From the NCBI RefSeq assembly GCF_001194135.2, contig NC_068981.1, forward strand, positions 148,206,845-148,265,186: DNA of 58,342 nucleotides. Reading direction: 5' to 3'. Below, in pieces: positions 1 through 10,700 of this stretch. A model generated the notes under the pieces. That model saw only the letters and a program-made list of their open reading frames with translations, was not told the DNA's origin and did no database searches. Both the position numbers and the translations under genes were made by a program. Source of the stretch: Octopus bimaculoides (lineage: Eukaryota). Each line of letters begins with the position of its first letter. The stretch's first letter is position 1.

Positions 1-93
1 TATATATACACACACACACATATATAAACAAAACCTAAATAAAGAACTTCTGTTGAAAGCTTCTTGTTTTCTATCAATTTAAAAATATATATT

Positions 94-830
94 TCAGTCT
101 GAAACACTAGAAGATTTTCTTTCTTTTAGATGTCCTGTTATTGATTTACTGTCTTTACTGAGATTTGCTGCTGAATATTTCCGGTTTGATGCTTGAAAAC
201 ATTCTCCACGAGACTGAGCATGTTCTTCCCCTGCCTTTTGAGCTGCTACAGTGGCAACCATATCAATTGTAGCATAGTCTATTATAGAATCTCTGGGATT
301 TGTTGCTTTCATATGAGTGGGACCGTTTGGAAAATTAGAAGAAAGGTCAATTTCAGCATAGTTCAATAGGGGTTCTGGTTGGTCTACAGAGGTAAAAGGA
401 GAACATGGAGGCGTCATGTCTATATTCACATAAGAAGATACGGAGTCATGTGTATCTGGATCACGGCCTAAATTTACATAAGCCGGATTTTCATTTTGGG
501 GTGGCGGAGAATTGTTATTGATATTGTTTGAAACTGCTTGAGGTAAATTATCGAATGTGAATACAAGACCTGCAGAAGCAGATTGTGGTGTTTGAGGACT
601 GCTGGTATCAGCACTGCAGCCATCAATAGATTTCTTTCGTTCAACAAGTTGGTAATCTTTACCAGACCGAGGTCTTAAAATTGTTGATGCAGGACTACTG
701 CGCACAGCATCCTCAGCAGACAGAGACTCAACAGTTCCTGCATTAGGTGTGAGTGAGGGTTCATCATCTTGTGGGCTGGCATCATTTGATTTGAGTTGTT
801 TAGCTTCAGATGCCTGGGAACTTTCATCTT
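94..830 (-). CDS. DOK7: Coding exon 8 (737 nt, terminal), with YVNL, YVNI, YAEI and YATI motifs; TGA at 96-94
   Basis: Within ORF 94-861. Acceptor aatttgcag/AA, phase 1, matches the exon 7 donor. Confidence 0.88.
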
Positions 831-3800
831 CTGCAAATTTAAAATTAAAAAGAAAAGTCACTAAATTATTGGTATTTTATAAAGTTATCATCAGCATCAA
901 ATATTATTTGGTTATAAAATAACAATGGTGAAATAATAATTTCTTTCAATTGAGGTACATGATTAATTCAATTGACACTATGCGATTAAAGTTAATTTAT
1001 TAACTGTAGAAAGAGAACCCTCCTCCCCCACTCAAAACTTAGAATGAAATAAAATTACAGTATAATATTTCGGTGGTAAACAACCATTTCTGACAATTCC
1101 TGTGTTTTAAAGATATAAAAGACTAATGCTGTTGTTTGACCTGTTGGCACCAACTTCCATACATATTGCCAAAGGTTAAAGATAGAAGGGTTTTGGTGCA
1201 TACATTTGATAAAGTGACACCGTCTTCCACAAGCTCTCAACCAATTGATGGAGAGAGTGAGAGAAGAACTGAAGAAGAGACATATAAATCAAAGTTGGCT
1301 TCAGAGTGCAGAGAGCAAGAACACATCTTGCATCTAATGCCCTAAGTACGCTAAATTTGTACCTTGCCTTTAAGTTGGTAAAAGATTTTCATGAGAAAAA
1401 TTAACACTGCAAGCTTACCTGTTGCATCAGTGGTCCTAGGGATCCATACAGATTCTTCAACCAATGGGTCTGATGCAGGAGCAATACGTAAAGAGGATTG
1501 CACCTGTTGCTTTTGCTGAACATAATCTGACAAGTCTTTCAATTGGAAAGGTTCAGGAATTTCCTGGAATTCAGGTTCATACTTTAATTTTATTCCAGTT
1601 ACCTCTGGTGTCAAACAGGGATTAGATTCAAATACAGGGGACAAACTACAAGGATGAGACTTGGTTTTAGGAGGTATAAATGGAGGTAATCCAGCCACAT
1701 GTCGAGCTATGGCTGCAGCTTGTTCATCCGGAGTTATAGCTGGGTTCAAAGGCAAACTGAGTTTATCTTTCAGTTCTGATGTATTCGTAGTGACAGCTGG
1801 TTCAAAGCTTTCTTCCTTCAGCTGAGATTTACCTAACTGATACAGTTCTAATAATTTCTCATCATCTGTTTTTGAAGAAGTACTGGTTTGGAACTGTTCA
1901 GGAGGCATTCCTTCTTCTCCTCCTCCAGAGGACACAGGGTAAGCAGTTAATACATTGTTTTTAGTGCAAGGGTCATTAAGTGTGTTCGTTGGTGAATTGC
2001 TACTGATTTCATTTGGAATTTCTTCTTTACCGAAAAGTGGTCCCATGAATATATAAGAATCAGACACATCACTGCTGTAGTTTTCATGTTCATTTGATTC
2101 AAAAGACATTGATGAAATCTGTTTTAGATTTTGGTTAGTTGTATCTAAGTGTGACTCTTTGGAAGGACTCTGGCAGGCTGAATGAGAAACACTACACGGT
2201 TGCATTTTATAGTTGCATTTCATCTGGCTAAAGGATTGTTGACAATTATGGCATTTAGTTGGTGTTGTGTTATTAGAATTTGGACTGCAGGAAGAAGTAC
2301 CAGAACGATGACAACTAAAAGGTAAAGGGGGATAACCAGCAGTCTGCTTCTGGTCAACCAAAGGATTACACTTAGGTAATTCTGGAACCATATCTTGGTA
2401 GCAATTCTCACTGGGGAAACTGGAAGATCGTTGTCGTTCCCCCAATGACTGACCTTGTTCTGGTGGCACAGATTCTACATTTTCTACAGTTACAGGATTA
2501 CAAGGCAGCCCAACTGAGCTAGTTCTATCAACAGGTGAGTTTGATGAGGCCAAATTTTCTTGGCTCAGAGAGGAGTTCTTGGTTTGGTCTTTGGAATTAC
2601 GTCGAATTAAACGAGAAAAAAACCCTGGAGCTTTCATATTGTTTTCCTGGTGTTTATCTTTGTTAGTTCCTTTATTTGCAGATTGATTGTTTCCACTTCC
2701 ATCATTAGACTTTTCATTATTTAAAATCTGAAAGTTTTTTAAGTTAGGAAATGGTACTGGGTTACAGTTTGTAGATAAAGACGAAGAAGAAGAGAAATCT
2801 GAACTCAGTGAAGTGGTGATATCTTTCGAAAATAAAGTTGGAGAACTAGGGTTTGAACATAAACTGATATTTGAGGTTTGGAAGTTTTCTGTAACTGATT
2901 TTTTAGGGCTGCCTCCCATCTCCATGTAATTTTCATCTGGATTTCCCGTTGTTATTGGCTGGGATCTCATCATTTCGGCTGGCATTGTGCTCAATGGAGG
3001 TGGAGGAGCACAACACTGAGTTATATTGGGATCATAAATGGAAGTTCGACCAGGAGAGTTATGAGTGGATGGACAAGGAGGTGGAGGGAAGCCAGTTGGA
3101 ATCTCAAATTTACCAGCCATATCCATGTAAGCACGTGTCATGTTTGAATTACCATGAGGTAGGATTGGTGATTTTAGGAGGTCTGACTCTTCACACTTTT
3201 CTTCCTTAGCAAATCCACTCATCATAAAATACGAATCATCAGAGTTATTATCTTGATCTTTTAAACGGACAGACGAAGGGTTTCCAATGTGTGACATATG
3301 ATATGGACTTAAATCAGAACTACTGGAAGAATCTGGAGACATGGTGTGTCTTCGAGATATATGTGGAACTGGGGATACTGGGTTGTTAACGGAAGGTAGT
3401 AACTGACGTTGACGATTTCTATTTTGCAATAATGGTCCCTTTGGAGGTAATTTAGGAGGTGGTGAATATTCTCTGGAACAATCCTCTGTTTTAGGGGAAT
3501 TTACATTCTGGGAAATGTTTTCAGCTTTTGAATCTTGTTGAGGGAAATAGATATTATTATGATAATCAATTTGCTGTTGTGTTTTATTTGGTAATGGTGG
3601 ATGATTGTACTCTAGATTCAAGTTATCATAATTTTGGGATCTGGTGTCTGGAAGTAAAATATCAGCACTTTCATTTGACGAGACAGACAAATGCCGTCGA
3701 TCATCACCAACATCGTATTTTTCCAGATTTACGTAAGGTAGAGGTGCTGCTAGCTGTGAATTTTGTGGAATCTTGTTAAGCTTGGACAGAAGATTTGGAC

Positions 3801-4660
3801 TAAGCATGCCACTGTCCCAATATCCAGTACTAGTTCGATTAGAAGAAGGAGCATTATTCAAAGAACAGCTGTTACTGCGGAACTGAACATCATTATCAGT
3901 AAAATTAGCATCAACCCATGCATTTGTATTTTGATAGGATTTTTTGTTTTGCAACATGGGTTGTCCCTGCATACTTACAACATATTTTGGTTGTGTCTGG
4001 CCCCCATTTGGTTTAGTCTCTTCTAACTGCCAAACCTAAATGAAATGAATACATGATTTTAATAATCCTCTCACAAAATAAACTCATTTTATTATATGTT
4101 GTACATATATTCCAATGAAAGTAAAAATATTACCAGTGAAGCCAAAATTTTTGCTATGCAATCTTCTAAATAAACAGCTAGTTCATTTCATTTAACATAT
4201 ATGTTATAAGGTTTGAACTAATTATGATAATTAGTCCAACAAAATACTTTCACAGCTACATTAACTTTGTTTTATTATTAATTTATAAAAATTGACATAA
4301 CTCTTCACAGAGGTAAATAGACAATAAGAAGAGCATGATGTGATTTTGTAATAGAGATTGTTTATTTAACAGACTGAGCAATATTTCAACAGATTGTCAG
4401 CCTTCTTCAGGTTCAAAGTGTAAAATGAAAAAAACTACAGAAACAGAAATTCAAAATATGAATGAGGAAATACTGTGTTCCTTTTTAGATCTAAAAAAGA
4501 ACACCGGATTTCCTCATTCATATTTTGAATCTCTGTGTTTCTATGGTTTTTACGTTTTACATTTTGAACCCCAAAAAGACAGACAATCTGCTGAAATATT
4601 GTTCAATCTGTTAAAAAAAACAATCTCCATTACAAATTGCACCATGCTCTTCTTATTGTC

Positions 4661-4744
<84 letters not shown>

Positions 4745-7700
4745 GAAGAAGAAGAGAAACAATTTCTATAGAGAAATACTTAATTATTCAGAAATCATTG
4801 TCTATAAAAGCAAAAAGATTTCAAAAGTAATGCTGAGTACTGTCATCATCAAAACCCTTACCATCAAGTAAGATATCTATCTATCTGGTGATGGATACCT
4901 GTGTGTAACATGGCAACCAATCATCACACACAGTCTGCAATCAGAATCAGAATCTGCATCCACTTGTAAGGGAATATGAAACAATAAAATTGATTGGCGC
5001 AGATAATAAGAGTGGCTTCTATTTTCCACTGCCTCTTTCAGGCTCACAAGAGTTTTCACTGGACATAACACAGTGCTGGCTATGGGATAAAATACTAACT
5101 TCCCTATCAATTACACCCTTTTGATATTACCCCACCATTTTATGAAACAAAGTCTTTTATATTAAAGCATTTTGTTTATATTGTAACCAAAATTTTCCAT
5201 CTTAAGTTTATATAAATACCAATTCTAATGATTTGTAGTATGTGGTGGGGTGGCATGGCAGTTGAATTGTAAGATTGATCTCAGTGGGATTTGAAATCAG
5301 AATGTAAAGACAGTATTTACATTTGATGGATATTTGTCCTCATCTTGTTTGTTGTTTCGGCTGATATACCCTCCAGCCTTCATCAGGTGTCTTGGGGAAA
5401 TTTTGAACCTGGGTTCTCATTTTTAAGGTATTTTTTGATGTTACTATTATTATTATTATCATTATTATTATTCAGGTCACTGCCTGGAATCAAACTCCAG
5501 GTAGTGACCTGAATAATAATGATAATAATAATAATAATAACAACAACAACATCGAAAAATACTTTAGGAATGAAAACCCAGGCTTGAAATTTCCCCAAGA
5601 CATCTGATGAAGGCTGGAGGGTATATCAGCCGAAACATGTTAACAACAAACAAGATGAGGACAAATATTCATCAAATGTAAATAATGTACATAATTCCTC
5701 ATCTCTTAAATATAGAACTTGCAAGACATTTTGACTGACATTCCAACAATTATGTCAATTCATTAACTTTAAATTTCTTATACAGGTACAAAACCCAAAA
5801 CTTGGAAGTGGGGAATACACTAACCTCATTCTTGACTGGTACATTAGTATATAGACCCAAGAGGGATCAAAGACAAAGTTGACCATGGAGAGATTTGGAC
5901 ATGGTACAGAAAGAGTCAGAATAAATAGTGCAAGACACTAACAAACAAGTCTGTCAACTGACTGTCCTAAACACCAGCTAAATAACAGTTTCAAATTTGG
6001 CACAAGGCCAACAATTTTAATGAGTGTGTATGAGGATTTAGTTGATTTCACCAACCCCAGCGTTTGAGTAGTACATTATTTTAGCAAACCTATAAAGATG
6101 AAAGGCAAAGTTGATTTCAGTGGGATCTGAACTCAGAATGTAATAAGCTGAAGGAAATACTGCTAAAGCATTTTATCCAACATGCTAATGATTTTGCCAT
6201 CTCACACCAGCTTAATAACGACAGTTAATAGTGTATTAAATCACCCTAAATTTGTAATTAATTTCAAAGCTATTTGGTCCTGATACATGTAAAAAAACAC
6301 TGGCACTGGTGCCATGACAAAAAAAAAAAAAACACTGGTGCAAGTGCCACATAAAATGCATGGTGATGGTGCCTCATAAAAAGCACCCACTACACTCGTA
6401 TAGTGGTTGGCATTAAGAAGGGCATTTGGCTGTAGAAACCAAAACAGACTATGCAACTTGGTGTTGCCTCTGACCTTGCTAGTTCCTGTCAAGCTGTCCA
6501 ACCCATACTAGCGTGGAAAATGGATGTTAAAGGATGATGATTTGAAACAATATATTTCATTAGAAATATGACCACATGAGGGTTAACTACTGAGTATCAA
6601 CTTCAGATTTGTACTGAGTACACATTTTATAATAAGTGTTTGTACTTACCTGCAGCATTTCATCAAGCAAAGTTATTTCTCTTTGGAGATTTTGCTCTTC
6701 CTTATGTAGTTTGTTCTGGGCATCCTGCCGCCGTGTTTGAGTGGTTGCTCGGTCTATTTCTGTATCAATAACACTTCCTCCAGGAAATGGAGTGGAGGTA
6801 GTTATTTCATTTTCATAGTGAGTGTTCCCATTGGTAGGAGATGGCATGAAAGACTCAAATGAATGGTACTGATTCCCATTTCGATTGGCATTTGGAAAGT
6901 AATTTTTGCTGTTGTTGTCTACAGAGCTTAACTTGCTGTTTGTGGAACCTTCTGTTAGGTGAGGAATTAGTGTATTTCTATTAGGAGAGGGTTGGAGAGA
7001 ATTCCGATTTGGACTCAAAAATTCCACTTTGCGTATACGTCGAGGTGGGATATCATAAATAGCAAGCAAATGATCTCGGGCCTCATTTTCTAAGTTCTCG
7101 ATACTAATTAGTTTATTTTTCTCACCATATCCCTGTGCCCAACCATAGTCTGCTGCACTTATGGAATGCCGTTTACGCCATTCTGAGTCATTTGATCGAG
7201 AGTCCATTTCAACAGAGCTGGTAGAACTTGGTGTATCACTATACTGAGATTTGAAAGGACTGTCCAAGAACTCATTTATTTGGGATCCTACAAAGAAGAA
7301 GATAAAAATTTTAAAAAGTATCTTCTAGTTAATATTAGAAATTAAAGTACAAATTATGTAAAAGTGAAAGTATTTGACATAAACTTAAAATCTCAGATTT
7401 TACAAACTTACGGAAAACATCTCATTCACATTCCATATTTTCTGAAATTTTCAGGTTGAAGCCATAAGCAAAAGCTTCTAAATTTATGTAATGAATAGAT
7501 TTAAGAAAAAAGAAATTTAAGATGATTTTTTTAACCATCTCATTCAGTTCCAGAGAGAGACATTGTAGAAGTAGGTTGTGTTTATAACATCAATACAAAA
7601 CATTAGATGTATAGGAATAGAATGAGCCAGAGTGGCATCCTTATCTCTCAGAAAAGCATTAATTATGATGCAAATGAAATAAAAATGAAATGGAAGCTGG

Positions 7701-10700
7701 GTTGTAGATTCTGTTTAATGGGAAACTTATCTTCTATGACTACCATCTCAGGCACAGCTATCAAAGAAATAAATACATTTGATTTTAAGATATTTTCCAA
7801 TACACCTATCTTTCCATGATATCAGTGGTTCAGTGACTGTAGCAAATATTAGTTGCGCCAGCACCCCCTTCCCCGACTGGCTCCTGTGCTGGTAGCACAT
7901 AAAAAGCACCATCCAAACGTGGCCGATGCCAGTGCTGCCTGATGACTGGTTACCATGCTGGTGGCAAGTAAAAAGCACCCACTACATTCTCAGAGTGGTT
8001 GGCGTTAGGAAGGGCATCCAGCTATAGAAACCTTGCCAGATCAGGCTTGCCAGTCCCCAGTCAAATCGTCCAACCCATGCCAGTGTGGAAAATGGACGTT
8101 AAACGATGATGATGATGATGATTACATGAAGGTTCTTCAGTGCTAACATTAATTAACTATAACATCTTTAGCAGCATGTTTCACTGAAGGTTACAATATA
8201 ATGATAATAGTAGAGTCTGACGTGATGGCCTAAGCATGTTAAAAGATTATTTTGCTTCCTCCTGATAAAAATAATCTCATACAAACTGAGGTCTGCACTT
8301 TAATTAAAGAAAGATGGCCATTTTCTTTATAGATAAGACTTTATCATCTGCTGTATTACAACGACTAGTACCAAATTCTGGTTTGGCTGACAGTAAATTG
8401 TTTTAGTATTTTAGTATTTAGTATTTTTAGTATTTTAGCATTTAGTATTTTAGTACATTATATAAAAGAATTTATATAAGATATTTTAGAGAAGGTGACA
8501 TAATATTTAAAAAAACATATACTTGTGCTGGTGCCTCATAAAAAGCACCCAGTACACTCTGTAGAGTGGTTGGCATTAGGAAGGGCATCCAGCTATAGAA
8601 ACCATTGCCAGAACAGACAATGGAGCCTGGTGTGGCTCCTGGCCTTACCAGATCCTGTCAAACCCATTTTACCTATGCCAGCATGGAAAATGGACATTAA
8701 ATGATGATGACGATGATGAATTTAGGATAGGCTATGAGGTAAAATACTGTAACAGAAAAAGAGAAAAGGAAACTATAATCTAACAAAACACATGCAGTTA
8801 TAACATTCAAATAATTGTTTACCTATGAGTAGGTTCTTTTTTTTTTCTTAGTGAAAATCTGACAAGACAAGAACTTAGAAACCATATGTGTCTGGTCTGA
8901 CAAATTGGATGGTTTCTATTTTGCCCTTGCCAAAGCTAGAAAACATCTGCATAGTTATTACACACTCAACAAATCTACTCATTTCTTGTCATTAGTACAA
9001 CATAAACGGCTAAAATGAAATAAACTCTTAAAAATTGATACAAGTTAGCCATCAACTATCTATAAACCTTGGTGAGAAAGATTTGCACCTGTTCAGCATT
9101 TAGTTTATAACAGTCTTACTGCCAAAGATCCACAAGCAAAGTTAATCTACAAAATAATTACTTCTACCAGATCTACAGTTTTCCCTACACTTTCTCACTG
9201 TGCTTATTTTTGCATATTTTCATTTCTGTGAACACAGAGCTAGAGGTGAGCTGGCATTCGTCAGAGCATTGGAAACATTTCTGTGCAGGTATTTGTTCTG
9301 ATTTGTTTTGTTGGTTAAGAAGCTTGCTTTCCAACCCATGTGGATGCATGCATGTATACATACAAACCCAAGTGATAGATAAATAGATAGATAGCTATAT
9401 AGACAGATAGACAGACAAATAGATATAGATATATAATGAAAACATGTGGTCTAATGGTTAAGGTATTGGGCCCATGGTCTTATGGTCATGGGTTCAATTC
9501 CTGGATCAGGCAGCATGTGGTAACTTCAGGTAAAGCACTAATTTCTCATTGCTCTTTTCCATCATTCAGTTGTAGAGTAGCACCAGCCAAGTCCCTGGTG
9601 TAGTTCCAGCTGTTACATCTTGATGCTCCATCAGATCAACAGTAGGAGGGTCGAGAGTGTACCTATGCCTGCTCACAGCCATCCAAACACCAAAACAGTT
9701 GGTGAAAATATGGTACAAGCTACCGAGATACTTACTTGTGAGTGTGATGGTTAAATTATATATGGTTATACAAATAGATATATGCATGAATTCATAGTTT
9801 AAAAAAAAATCCTGCAGACATTCTGGGATGCATTGTCAGTGATATTTCTGGGGTCTCTGGCCTTTCAACATAAGACTCCCTAACCCAGTTAACTCAGCTG
9901 GTGTTGATCAACTCCCAGCTCACATCCCAATAGCAGTAAACCACTGTGTGTAGTTTCAATGAACAATTTCATAGCAATTGAGTTATACACCTCAGCACAT
10001 AAGCAGGAACAGATGCTACCTACAGTACTGTAGAAACATTCACTTCACACACACAAACAGAGTACAATTTTATAACATTGAATTGAATAGCAAGAAACAG
10101 AATCATGGGAGAAAGCTTGCTACAAAAAGCAGAAACAGAAATAAAAAAAAGTCAATTACTACTCAGTCATATATAGGAGTGATGCAAATGATAACACTTT
10201 TACAGATATTAATTCCTGTCACAAATATGAGCTTTCATGTGCAATAATGTATAAAATTTTAGGAGAATGCACTAAAATGCAAGAAGTCTTCAACTGAAAT
10301 GACAGAATTATAAAAAAAAGAGAAAGGAATGGTGAAATTCTTTGAACTGATACATGGAACACGAATAAGAAACCATAGCTACTCAAGATGCATTATTTAG
10401 TAAATGCTACCACAAATGAACTGGAGCAAACTATAACTGCATTATACTTCATATCTATCAACTAAAAACTTGAAGCATGCAGTTAATCATCACTGTTGGG
10501 TCATTGATAAATAGAGTAAAATGTAAAACTGCCTTATTAAGTTTATTTCTTGTTTCTCTACTGTGTTCTGCAAACGGCTAATTCAGAGTTTTTTTTGTTT
10601 TTTAGGGATCATAAAATCATGGTCTTAGCTTCTTTATGTCAATCATGTGTGTGTGTGTGTTGGCACTCCGTCGCTTACGACGTCAAGGGTTCCAGTTGAT

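Noticed and set aside
1136-1345. 69-aa plus-strand ORF in intron 7
   Set aside because: No recognisable motif, no splice support, and short enough to be chance. Minus-strand phase-1 readings through plausible acceptors hit stops.
4893-4965. Possible cassette exon VDADSDSDCRLCVM... in intron 6
   Set aside because: The open frame needs a phase-1 entry, but exon 6 ends in phase 0, and the phase-0 reading stops at TGA.
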